From Pseudomonadota bacterium (GTDB lineage: Bacteria; Desulfobacterota; Desulfobacteria; Desulfobacterales; JBDRRP01): a stretch of DNA of 64,000 bases. A program made the position numbers and the translations under genes. The stretch lies in the NCBI GenBank assembly GCA_043825735.1, contig JBDRRP010000090.1:1-64000 (forward strand), given 5' to 3'. Shown here in pieces: positions 37,485-46,846 of this stretch (position 1 is the stretch's first letter; the number at the start of each line of letters is the position of its first letter). The notes under the pieces are model-generated. The model searched no databases, was not told where the DNA came from, and saw only the letters and a list, made by a program, of their open reading frames with translations.

Positions 37485-39413
37485 TTAGATTTCCCGGGCG
37501 ATCTCATCGGCTTCGGCCAGGCCCAGCATGAGGTTTCGCGGGGTTTTGGCGTCTCCGATGATGTGAATGATGACATCCCGTTTTTTAAGGAGGCGGCTGG
37601 CCTCCCGTACCGAGGCCATGGCTTCGGCCACCACCACCGTGTCGAATCCGTCGAGGGTGACGGTGTCGCCGGAGACGGTGAATTCGACGGCATCGCCATA
37701 AACGCGGTTGATGGACACCCCCTTGAAGAGCCTGACCGTGGCGCGCTTGAGGCGCTCGCGCAGATAGAAGCGGTCGTTGGCCGACATCTCTTCGGCAAAA
37801 TGCCGTTTGCGGTTGAGCACCACCACGTCCTTTCCTTTTTCCGCCAGAAAGTCCGCCGCCAGAAGCCCTGCCTGGCCCCCGCCGATGACGAGCACCCGGT
37901 CGCCGGTGATTTTGCCGTCAAGGACTTCGGTCACCGTGCAAAGATCCATGTCGGTTTTGAAAAGGCCGGTGATGATGGGCATCTCGGGCATGCTGCCGGT
38001 GGCCAGGATGACGACCGCCGGATCTATGGCATCCAGCAGTGCGTCGGTGACGGGGGTGTTGAGGCGGACCTCAACGTTCAGGCGGCCGAGTTCCCGGTTC
38101 AGCCAGGCGATGATGTCGCCCACTTCGGCACGGCCCGGCGGCACGGCGGCCAGACGGAGCAGCCCGCCGACATGGGCGCTTTCCTCGCACAGCACCACCC
38201 GGTGACCCCGCAGGGCGGCCATGCGCGCCGCCCCCATGCCGGCCGGGCCGGCGCCGATGACAAGGACGGTCCTGGCCGGATCGGCGATGCCGGTTGCCGC
38301 CAAAAGGTACTCGCGCCCCACGGCCGGGTTGACGACGCAGCCCCCGGGCTCGAGCTGAAACACCGCGTGGATGCACCCCAGGCAGCAGCCGATGCAGGGC
38401 CGCACCGTGGGCAGGGCGTCAGCTGCGGCCTTGTTGGGAAGCTCGGGGTCGGCGATGAGGGCCCGGCCCATGGCCATCACGTCGCATTTGCCCTCGCGGA
38501 TGAACCGGTCTCCCAGATCGGCATGTTTGACCCGGCCCACCCCGATCACCGGGATGGAAACCACTTTTTTGACCGCTTCGGCCAGGTGGATAAAACAGCC
38601 GTGCGGGACGTACATGGAGGGGATGGTGAGCTGGCGCGAGCCGTAGACTCCGGCGGAGACGTGCAGATAGGTGGCGCCTTCGGTCTCCAGGATGGGGGCC
38701 AGCTTCAGCGCCTCTTCAAGGCCCCAGCCGTCCTCGATATAGTCCTCACCGTTCATGCGGATGCCCACGGGGAAATCCGCCCCGCATTTTTTCCGGATGT
38801 CTCTGAGCACTTCCAGCATGAAGCGGATGCGGTTTTCGAAGCTGCCGCCCCACTGGTCGGTGCGCTGGTTGCTGTTGGGGGCCAGAAACTGGTTGATGAG
38901 GTAGCCATGGGCACCGTGCACCTCCACAAAATCAAACCCGGCATCCCGGACCCGGCGCGCGGCGTTGCCGTAGCTCGCGATGGTGGCCACGATCTCATCG
39001 GGCGTCAACTCCCGCGGGGTGCCCTTGGCCAGGGCCGGCGCGGGGATGGCCGAGGGGGCCACCTTGTGGTCGTGGTAGCTCTGCCGGCCGCCGTGCATGA
39101 TCTGCATGCCAAAGCGGCAGTCGTAAGGGGCCACGGCCGCCACCATCGTTTTCAGGGCCGGGATGCAGGCGTCGTCCCACAGTGCCGGCAGTCCGGGCAG
39201 CTCCACCCCGTCCGGGTGCACCCCGCCGCCGCCCACCAGCATCATGCCGGCGCCCCCCTTGGCCCGGGCGACGAAATACTGGGTCAGCTGGTCGGTGACG
39301 AATCCATTGTCGTCCACACCGAAATTGATGCTCATGGCCGACATGAGAATGCGGTTTTTCACTTTCAGAGGGCCGATGGTGACTGGGGAGAAAAGATGTT
39401 TGAGCGCAGTCAT
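37485..39413 (-). CDS. NADH:flavin oxidoreductase, Old Yellow Enzyme family with Fe-S and FAD domains (FadH/BaiCD type)
   Basis: KNRILMSAM, EVHGAHGYLINQF, NQRTDQWGGSFENR, CIGCCLGC, VIGAGPAG, VIGGGQAG. Confidence 0.9.
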   Translation of the reverse strand: MTALKHLFSPVTIGPLKVKNRILMSAMSINFGVDDNGFVTDQLTQYFVARAKGGAGMMLVGGGGVHPDGVELPGLPALWDDACIPALKTMVAAVAPYDCRFGMQIMHGGRQSYHDHKVAPSAIPAPALAKGTPRELTPDEIVATIASYGNAARRVRDAGFDFVEVHGAHGYLINQFLAPNSNQRTDQWGGSFENRIRFMLEVLRDIRKKCGADFPVGIRMNGEDYIEDGWGLEEALKLAPILETEGATYLHVSAGVYGSRQLTIPSMYVPHGCFIHLAEAVKKVVSIPVIGVGRVKHADLGDRFIREGKCDVMAMGRALIADPELPNKAAADALPTVRPCIGCCLGCIHAVFQLEPGGCVVNPAVGREYLLAATGIADPARTVLVIGAGPAGMGAARMAALRGHRVVLCEESAHVGGLLRLAAVPPGRAEVGDIIAWLNRELGRLNVEVRLNTPVTDALLDAIDPAVVILATGSMPEMPIITGLFKTDMDLCTVTEVLDGKITGDRVLVIGGGQAGLLAADFLAEKGKDVVVLNRKRHFAEEMSANDRFYLRERLKRATVRLFKGVSINRVYGDAVEFTVSGDTVTLDGFDTVVVAEAMASVREASRLLKKRDVIIHIIGDAKTPRNLMLGLAEADEIAREI

Positions 39414-39561
39414 GGGTGTCTCCGATCTGAGTGTGGCGCGTGCCGCCAATCGGGAAAGAGAGGGACTGTCAGGAGCCGAGCGTCTTTCCTTATACGATGG
39501 GGGCGGGCATGTCAAAACCCCAGTGGACGGATTGCCGCCGCCCGGTGCCGGCGGGCGGGGC

Positions 39562-39975
39562 TCAGATGCATCGTGTTTCCAATCCGGCCCTTTTGGCGGC
39601 GTCGCTCTGCCAATGATCGGATGTGACAAAAAGATCCGCCCCGCACGCCACCGCGCAGGCAATGTGAAGGGCGTCCATGGCGCGCAGGGGTGATGCTTCA
39701 AGGAGGGTTATGGTGGTGGTAATGACTTCAGAGGTCAGGTTGATGATTTCAATATGTCTGAGATCTGACGATAAGTGTTTCTTGATGGTGGTATATTGCG
39801 GACGCGTCATTGCATTTTCCCTGACGCGGCGGTTCATGGCGGAAATGATCTCCGGCAGGCAGATGGTGCTCAATACGAGTGCCGACGAAGACATGCAAAT
39901 GTCCTCTACCGCATCACTGCCAGGTTCGTCCACGTAGCGCTTGGCAAAAGCGGAGGTGTCAAAGAACGTTTTCAC
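39562..39975 (-). CDS. vapC: VapC (PIN domain) toxin
   Basis: FFDTSAFAKRY, LRAMDALHIACA, FVTSD. Confidence 0.88.
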   Translation of the reverse strand: MKTFFDTSAFAKRYVDEPGSDAVEDICMSSSALVLSTICLPEIISAMNRRVRENAMTRPQYTTIKKHLSSDLRHIEIINLTSEVITTTITLLEASPLRAMDALHIACAVACGADLFVTSDHWQSDAAKRAGLETRCI

Positions 39976-40195
39976 GTTCCCGTTCCTCCAGTATGGCCGA
40001 AGACAAGCTCGCGCCTGTGATTGAAAGCCTCAGGGCCGGTTGTTTCCATGACGGCGCCGAATCGGGGTGTGTCACCGGAGAAATTTCCGCAACGGGTTGG
40101 CCATGGCGCAGCACAATGAACGTTTCGCCCTTCTCGACGGCTGACAGGATAAAGGATGCCTTTTTCCGAAATTCCGTAAAATTGATGGTGTGCAC
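39959..40195 (-). CDS. Phd/YefM family antitoxin
   Basis: INFTEFRKKAS..VEKGETFIVLRHGQPVA. Confidence 0.88.
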   Translation of the reverse strand: MHTINFTEFRKKASFILSAVEKGETFIVLRHGQPVAEISPVTHPDSAPSWKQPALRLSITGASLSSAILEERERENVL

Positions 40196-40231
40196 CTTTT
40201 CGGCCCTCCTTTCAGCTCTGGATATTATCTC

Positions 40232-40267
40232 TGTACACTAATGTACATTATAATGCTCAGATGTCAA
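40232..40267 (-). promoter_or_regulatory. Promoter/operator of the second vapBC-type pair
   Basis: Minus-strand TTGACA-16 bp-TACATT; twin TGTACA palindromes at 40232-40247. Confidence 0.55.
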
Positions 40268-40328
40268 TGCAGCCATTCATGATGGCCTGAATCATCATCC
40301 AACTCGCTGGAAAATGATCCTGAGGCTT

Positions 40329-41441
40329 TTACTCAATGGCTTGAAATTCGCTCATGAACCGGCGGTCCAGATAGTCTTTGAAAAGAAAGGCCGGGCGGCC
40401 GCCGAAAAGGAGGGACCATTTGTAAAATATCCCGGTGCCGTCTCCCAGGTTGAAGATCAGCAGGTATTTGCCGCCCGGATCGAAGCCCTGCAGCGGGCCG
40501 CCTTCGAGGGTGGCCATGAGGTTGTGGTAGATGACCGGGTTCTGGCGAACGGCATAGACGCCCACCTTGTCCAGTGGGGCGTCTTCGAAATAGATGCAGT
40601 CGCCGCCGCCGAAAATGTCGGGGTGGGCGACGCTTTGCAGATGGCGGTTGACCCGCATGCCGCCGTCGGGTCCGATGGGGATTCCCGAGGCGGCAAAAAC
40701 CGGGCTGGGCTTGACTCCCACTGCAACGAAAATGATGTCGAGGTCATAAACCTTGCCTGAAAGATCCGTCACGCGACCGGTTTGGATTTTTTGGACATCG
40801 CAGTGTTCCACGATATCGATGCCTCTTTTCGTGAGTGACACCAATGCCTTCCGGCGCACGCCCGGGGGGTGGTGGGGCAGGAGCGTTTTGCTGGTGAGTA
40901 TCTGGATGGTGGCCGGATGCATGCCGGGCGTGCGGGTGAGCCGCCAGAGGTTGCCGGAGATCTCGACCGCCGAGGGGCCGCCGCCGATCACACCGATGGT
41001 GATCTTTTTTCCCGCTCCGAGCGCGAGGACGCGCTGCCGTGCAGCGAGCAGCCGTTCGATGGGTTTGACCAGGTAGATGTCCTCCAAGGGTCCGGTGACA
41101 ACCGTTTCGGGCACCTGGCTGCCGAGGTTGCAGGAGAGCACATCGTAGGGGACGGTGGCGCCGGTGTCGAGATGGACGCGTTTTTCCGCGGGATCGATGC
41201 CCACGACTTTGGCCCGGATGAAGGCGCCGCCCTGCTTTTCAACCACGTGTCTGGTGGCAAAGCGGATCTCTTCGGGCCGGTAGGTCCCTCCCAGCATGCC
41301 GGGGCCCATCCCCGAGTAAAAGTGGTGGTCAGAGGGGCCGATGACCGTTACGGCATGGCCTTTATCAACGAATGTGTGAAGCTTCGCTAAGGTGACCATG
41401 TGCACGTGGCCCCCGCCGGCAATAACCAGTCTCTTGTTCAT
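40329..41441 (-). CDS. FAD-dependent pyridine nucleotide-disulfide oxidoreductase, similar to the domain found N-terminal to SelD
   Basis: LVIAGGGHVH, YSGMGPG, IGGGPSAVE, IFGGGDC, KVGVYAVRQ. Confidence 0.82.
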   Translation of the reverse strand: MNKRLVIAGGGHVHMVTLAKLHTFVDKGHAVTVIGPSDHHFYSGMGPGMLGGTYRPEEIRFATRHVVEKQGGAFIRAKVVGIDPAEKRVHLDTGATVPYDVLSCNLGSQVPETVVTGPLEDIYLVKPIERLLAARQRVLALGAGKKITIGVIGGGPSAVEISGNLWRLTRTPGMHPATIQILTSKTLLPHHPPGVRRKALVSLTKRGIDIVEHCDVQKIQTGRVTDLSGKVYDLDIIFVAVGVKPSPVFAASGIPIGPDGGMRVNRHLQSVAHPDIFGGGDCIYFEDAPLDKVGVYAVRQNPVIYHNLMATLEGGPLQGFDPGGKYLLIFNLGDGTGIFYKWSLLFGGRPAFLFKDYLDRRFMSEFQAIE

Positions 41442-41547
41442 AGCGTTTCCTCTTGGGGCGGCAGGGTTAATTGTTTCGGGTCTTTGCCCCTACTCATCGA
41501 CCAACTCTTTCGGAGATGATCCATTGTTTTTTATGGATTCATCCTCC

Positions 41548-41690
41548 TTGATGGCTTTGTAAAAAGTCCCAAAGTTCGTCACCCCGGCGAAGGCCGGGGT
41601 CCAGAAGTGTTTGAAATCACTGGATCCCGGATCTCGTTTCACTCGTCCGGGATGACGAAAAGAAAAAAATCGCCTTTTTACGAATGCCTC
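41548..41690. repeat. Family A element (reverse orientation of 51775-51921)
   Basis: TTGATGGCTTTGTAAAAAGT..GTCACCCCGGCGAAGGCCGGGGTCCAG..CCGGGATGAC..CTTTTTACG. Confidence 0.85.
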
Positions 41691-41718
41691 CTCCGTGTCG
41701 CAGTCGCTGCCGCACATC

Positions 41719-42546
41719 TCAGGCGTCAAGCAGGTTGCCCAACTGCTGCAGATGGGCGCGTTCTTCGTTGGCGATCTGAATCAGTGCGGTCTTGGCATCG
41801 GCAGTAGCGGCTTTCTCGGCGGCCCGCTGGTAGAGATCCAGCGCCTGGGCTTCGATGGCCATGGCCAGCGAGATTACCTCCGTTGCCACTTCGATATCGG
41901 GATCGTACAGTTTCAGGTATTCTTCGGTTGTCAGGCCACCTTCAACGGCGGGGGCCACGGCGCGCTGTTCAAAGGTTTTCCGGTCTTCAGTGCGGCCCGA
42001 TAGCTTGCGGTATTCGGTAAAGATGCGCTGCTGGTGTTTTTCTTCAATGGTGGCGAGTTTCGCAAACAACTGCCGGGCGGCGTCGTTGCTGACGTTCGGG
42101 AGCATCGATTCATAAAAATCCGCCAGCCCCTTTTCAAGGGAGTAGGCCACGATGAGGGTTTCCTCGGGGGTTTCCTTCCCGGTGAACAGATCGAGGCCCA
42201 GGTCCTCGGGACCCACCGCAGTATTGCTGTGCCACGCCTTGATGCCGCCGGCCATGTTGATGACGTCGGTGAAGCCCATTCCGCTGAGCATTTGAGCAGC
42301 CACCCGGCTGCGTCCGCCCACCGCTCAGTATACCAGCGTCGGTTTTTTCGGGTCGATGTCGTCGATGCATTCAGACAGATTCGACAGGGGCGTCAGTTTG
42401 GCCCCTGGAATGTGGCCGGCGGCGTACTCGGCGGGCTGGCGCACGTCCAGAAGGTTGAACTGGCTTCCGGCAAGTGTTTCCATAAATTTTCCGGCTTCCG
42501 GAGCGCCCATGGAACGGACACGGGTGAAAAACTGTTTCCAGCGCAT
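41719..42546 (-). CDS. Probable selenoprotein: rhodanese (active-site Sec) fused to rubrerythrin/ferritin-like domain, 275 aa
   Basis: ORFs 42325..42546 and 41719..42321 are in frame across one TGA: LLDVRQPAEY..GHIPGA..TLVY-U-AVGGRSRVAA; EEKH and EERAH di-iron motifs follow. Confidence 0.85.
42296..42327 (-). promoter_or_regulatory. Bacterial SECIS-like hairpin
   Basis: UGA, 13 nt, then GCAGCC-GGGU-GGCUGC; loop starts with G about 20 nt after the UGA. Confidence 0.7.
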
Positions 42547-42914
42547 AAATGCCTCCTACAGTGAAAGAGAAAAGAACCGGCGGCGCTTTCAAGCGGCTAG
42601 CGCCGGGGTGTTTATGGCAATTGTCGTAAATACGTTCCGTTTGCACAACAACGCCGTGTGAACATCCAAATCGCTATCGGGATCGATATCGACCGCAGAA
42701 AACGTCGATCCCGATCCCGATTTCGATCCCGACCCCGATAGGATCTTGGGGATGAATCGGAACAATATTCTGACAAGTACTTTAGACCCGGATTTTGAGT
42801 ACCTTGTCAAGACTTGGGTCGCATTCGCGTGCTATCCCGGGCGGGAAACAGGGGGTGAGGTCTCCGCGACAGGGAATATTTTACCCGGTGTTACGGTCGC
42901 TCAACGGCGCACGG

Positions 42915-44066
42915 CTATACGATGCCGCCCTCGGTCATTTTGTCGATTTCCGCGCCCGTGTATCCGTATTCGGTCAGGATTTCACGGGTATTTTGGCCAA
43001 AGGCGACCGGCGGGGTGCGAACCGCTCCGGGGGTCTCGCTGAGCTTGATTGGAACGCCGAGGGCCGGCGTGGCGTGGCCGTCGGCGTCCGGCAAGGTGAC
43101 GACCATCTGCCGGGCGTGAAACAGCGGGTTTTCAAGCGCTTCATCCAGGGTGCGGACGCCCTCGGCGCAGGCGTCCAGGGGGCGCAGTTCCGTTTCCCAG
43201 GCGGCGAGCGTTTTTTGGCGGAATACGTTGCGAAAGGCGGCCGTGATCTCGTCGCGGCGGGTGTCGTCGTACTGGAGCGGAATGAAGTCGGCAAAGCCCA
43301 GGTGCTCGCAGAGGGTGCGCCAGAAGCGGCTTTCCACGGCCCCGATGCACACGGCCCTGCCGTCGGCGGTCTCATAGGTGTTGTAGCAGGCGTATCGATG
43401 GGAGAGCATGGAGTCGGCCCGCTCCGGCGCTTTTCCGGTGATTTGTCGAAGGAACATGGAAACGGGCAGCAGGCTGAGCATTCCGTCGGTCATGGAGATG
43501 TCCACAACCTGCCCTTGTCCGGTGCGCTCCCGGGCGAAGAGGGCCAGCAGGATTCCGATGGCCGCGTTCATGCCGCCGCCGGCGATGTCCGCCAGTTGGA
43601 TGCCGGGGATGGATGGCGGGCGGTCGGCTTCACCCATGACATCCAGAATTCCGGCAGTGGCCAGGTAGTTGACATCGTGGCCGGCGCGATCCCGGTAGGG
43701 GCCCGTCTGGCCGTAACCGGTCACCGAGCAGTAGATGATGTCTGGCTTTTTCGCCTTCACCGTGGCGTAGTCGACGCCCAGGCGCGCCGTCACGCCCGGG
43801 CGAAATCCTTCAAGCACCACGTCCGCAGTCTCCAGCATCCGGTAGAAAACAGCGCGCCCGTCATTGGTTTTAAGATCCAATGACATGTGGCGCTTGTTGC
43901 GCTGGACCATGGGCAGGAACAGGCCGTCTTTGGCATACTGCTTCTTATCTTCGATGGCGATGACCCGGGCGCCGTGGTCGGCCAGAATCATGGAGCAATA
44001 CGGGCCGGGCAGCAGCCGGGAGAGGTCCAGGACGGTGATGCCTTTCAGTGCGCCGGTGTTTTGCAA
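42915..44066 (-). CDS. CaiB/BaiF class III CoA-transferase
   Basis: LDLSRLLPGP, QRNKR, EGFRPGV, GYGQTGPY, AGHDVNY; TTG start after AGGAGG. Confidence 0.9.
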   Translation of the reverse strand: MQNTGALKGITVLDLSRLLPGPYCSMILADHGARVIAIEDKKQYAKDGLFLPMVQRNKRHMSLDLKTNDGRAVFYRMLETADVVLEGFRPGVTARLGVDYATVKAKKPDIIYCSVTGYGQTGPYRDRAGHDVNYLATAGILDVMGEADRPPSIPGIQLADIAGGGMNAAIGILLALFARERTGQGQVVDISMTDGMLSLLPVSMFLRQITGKAPERADSMLSHRYACYNTYETADGRAVCIGAVESRFWRTLCEHLGFADFIPLQYDDTRRDEITAAFRNVFRQKTLAAWETELRPLDACAEGVRTLDEALENPLFHARQMVVTLPDADGHATPALGVPIKLSETPGAVRTPPVAFGQNTREILTEYGYTGAEIDKMTEGGIV

Positions 44067-44204
44067 TGAGCCTCCTGCACAAGGTCGGTTTGATGAACCA
44101 CGAAGAACACGAAGGTCACGAAGTTTTGATCTCACTGCTTGAAAAGGATTCTCTTCGTGCACTTCGTGCACTTCGTGGTTCCCATTCGGTCTTTCGCAAT
44201 GAAA

Positions 44205-45347
44205 TTATAGCCCCATAAACTTGGCAACAATCCCCTTCATGATCTCGTTGGTGCCGGCAAAGATGCTCATGACCCGCACATCGCGCCAGGCCCGCACCAG
44301 GGGGCAGGCTTCCAGGGTGGCGTAAGGGGCGCACAGATCCAGCGCGCGCTCGGCCACGCGCTTGACCATGTCGGTGGTCCAGTACTTGGCCATTGAGGTT
44401 TCAATCACGATCTGAGCGCCGGCCATGTGGTCGGCGACCAGGGTGTCCACGAAGGTGCGCCCGATCTTGACCTCGGTGGCCATTTCCACCAGGGCGAACT
44501 GAACCGCCTGGTGCTTGACCATGGGCCGGTCGTTGACGATTGTCTTTTTAAGATAATCCGTGGCCCACTGGAGGATCACCTCAGCGCCGGCCACCGCGCC
44601 TACCGCGCAGATGAGCCGCTCTTGCTGAAGTTTTTCCATGAGCATCAAAAACCCCGTGCCCTTTTCCCCCAGCCGGTGATCGGCCGGGATGCGGCAGTCG
44701 GTGAAAAACAGCTCGGCGGTGTCCTGGCTGTGCCAGCCCATTTTTTCAAGTTGCCGGCCCCGCTTGAAACCGGGGGTGTCGGTGGGCACGGCAAAAAGCG
44801 ATATTCCCTGGTAGGGGTTCTCCGCATCGGCATCGCGGGCAGCCACGACGGCCACGTCTGCGTGGATGGCGTTGGAGATAAAGGTCTTGGCGCCGTTGAG
44901 CACCACCGTGCCGCCGTCGTCGACGGCCGTGGTGCACATGCCGGCCAGATCGCTGCCTGCCCCGGGTTCGGTCATGGCAACGGCGGTGACCACATCGCCG
45001 TTGACGCAGCCGGGAAGGTATTTTTTCTTGATGGCCTCACTGCCGAAGCTGGCGATGTAGGGAACCACCACGTCGCTGTGCAGGTTGGCGGCAAGTCCGG
45101 TGTGGCGCGTGCGAGAGAGCTCTTCGGAGACGATGACCGCGTAGCGGAAGTCGCCCCCCAGACCCCCGTAGGCAGGGTCCAGGTCGGGGCACAGGAACCC
45201 GGCGCGGCCAAATGAGCGCCAGATGTCCCGGGGAACGATGCCGTCCTTCTCCCACTGGTCGACGAAGGGGATGATGTGCGTCTCGCAGAACGCCCGCAGC
45301 CGCGTGCGGAAATCTTCGTGCTCGGGGGTGAACTTCAGGATGTTCAT
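44205..45347 (-). CDS. Acyl-CoA dehydrogenase (long-chain type)
   Basis: AMTEPGAGSDL, NGAKTFISN, QDTAELFF, LQQERL, IFAGTNEIMK. Confidence 0.93.
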   Translation of the reverse strand: MNILKFTPEHEDFRTRLRAFCETHIIPFVDQWEKDGIVPRDIWRSFGRAGFLCPDLDPAYGGLGGDFRYAVIVSEELSRTRHTGLAANLHSDVVVPYIASFGSEAIKKKYLPGCVNGDVVTAVAMTEPGAGSDLAGMCTTAVDDGGTVVLNGAKTFISNAIHADVAVVAARDADAENPYQGISLFAVPTDTPGFKRGRQLEKMGWHSQDTAELFFTDCRIPADHRLGEKGTGFLMLMEKLQQERLICAVGAVAGAEVILQWATDYLKKTIVNDRPMVKHQAVQFALVEMATEVKIGRTFVDTLVADHMAGAQIVIETSMAKYWTTDMVKRVAERALDLCAPYATLEACPLVRAWRDVRVMSIFAGTNEIMKGIVAKFMGL

Positions 45348-45490
45348 GGGTCCCTGATTCCTTGTTCAAAAGTGGATCTTGAGCAGATCGGTTAAATGAA
45401 CCACGAAGTTCACGAAGAACACGAAGAAATTATTAAAACCTTCGTGCCCTTCGTGTTCTTCGTGGTTCAACGCGTCTCCGGTTTTTAGGC

Positions 45491-46699
45491 TCAATCACCA
45501 TATCTGCCGATAATGGAGATGCTGCAGATGTTTTGAAACGGAAACCCGCCCAAGTTGTGGGTGAGCCCGAATTTTGGATTCTTGACCTGCCGTTCGCCGG
45601 CTCGGCCTTGAAGCTGGAGATACATTTCGTAGAGCATCCTCAGGCCCGAGGCGCCGATGGGATGGCCGAAGCATTTGAGACCGCCGTCCACCTGGCAGGG
45701 GACTTTCCCGTCCAGATCGTAGTAGCCGTCCAGGATGTCCGTCACCGCCCGGCCGCGCTCGGAGATGTGCAAGTCTTCCATGGTCACCAGTTCGGTGATG
45801 GAAAAGCAGTCGTGGACTTCCATCATGCTGATGTCTGTTTTCGGATCGGTGATGCCGGCTTCCTGGTAGGCCTTAAGACTGCATTTGGTGGTGGTCATGA
45901 AGTGATCACCGTCCCAGTCGTTATAGCCCAGCTCCTCGCCGCTGCTGAGGGCGATCTGGAGGGCTTTGACCGATACGATGTCGTGCTTGCCAAGGCTTTT
46001 GGCGATCTCCGGGGTGGTGACGATGGCGCAGGCTGCGCCGTCACTCACGCCGCAGCAGTCGAAGAGCCCGAGCGGGTGTGCGATGATGGGGGCGGCCATG
46101 ACCTGCTCGACCGTTACTTTTTTGCGCAGATGGGCCTTGGGGTTGAGCACCCCGTTGGCGTGGCTTTTGGCAGACACGTGGGCCATGGCCCGTTTGAGGT
46201 CCTTATCGGAGATTCGGTACTTGGCCGCATAGGCGCTGGCGAGCTGGGCAAAGGAGCCGGGCGCCGTGAGGTTGGGCCACCACTGCCACTGGAGGGTGCC
46301 CGCGCCGGAGCCGGGGTTGGGCAGCCCGCCGTAGCCGGTGTCTTTGAGTTTTTCCACACCCAGGGCCAGACAGATGTCGTAGGCCCCGGAAGCCACGCCG
46401 TAGCAGGCCCCGCGAAAGGCTTCGCTTCCGGTGGCACAGTAGTTTTCCACGCGGGTCACCGGGATCATGGGCAGCCTGAGGGTGGTCGCCAGCGGCATGG
46501 CCGTTTTCCCCACATTGATCTCGTCCATGCAGGTGCCCAGCCACGCGGCACCGATGTCCTTTTTCTCGATACCGGCATCGGTGATACATTCTTCGAACGC
46601 TTCAACCATCAGCTCTTCGGCGCCGGCGTCCCAGCGCTCGCCGAACCGGGTGCACCCCATGCCGAGGATGGCCACTTTGTCTTTGATTCCTGTTGCCAT
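45491..46699 (-). CDS. Thiolase (acetyl-CoA acetyltransferase, SCP-x type) with catalytic Cys
   Basis: ENYCATGS, EVHDCF, GHPIGASG. Confidence 0.9.
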   Translation of the reverse strand: MATGIKDKVAILGMGCTRFGERWDAGAEELMVEAFEECITDAGIEKKDIGAAWLGTCMDEINVGKTAMPLATTLRLPMIPVTRVENYCATGSEAFRGACYGVASGAYDICLALGVEKLKDTGYGGLPNPGSGAGTLQWQWWPNLTAPGSFAQLASAYAAKYRISDKDLKRAMAHVSAKSHANGVLNPKAHLRKKVTVEQVMAAPIIAHPLGLFDCCGVSDGAACAIVTTPEIAKSLGKHDIVSVKALQIALSSGEELGYNDWDGDHFMTTTKCSLKAYQEAGITDPKTDISMMEVHDCFSITELVTMEDLHISERGRAVTDILDGYYDLDGKVPCQVDGGLKCFGHPIGASGLRMLYEMYLQLQGRAGERQVKNPKFGLTHNLGGFPFQNICSISIIGRYGD

Positions 46700-46846
46700 A
46701 ATTACCTCCTATACACCGCAACCAAGCCGATATTTTACGTATTTTCCGAAAAGATGATTCGCGGATGTCACGCGGCTCACCATATCCAGGATGCGGTGTA
46801 TGTATAAAAAGTGGTTCTTTGCTGTTTAGTCCTCACACGACGGCCG

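Noticed and set aside
39414..39701. 96-aa N-terminal extension of the flavin oxidoreductase
   Set aside because: Overlaps vapC; family similarity begins at MTALKHLF after a GGAG RBS
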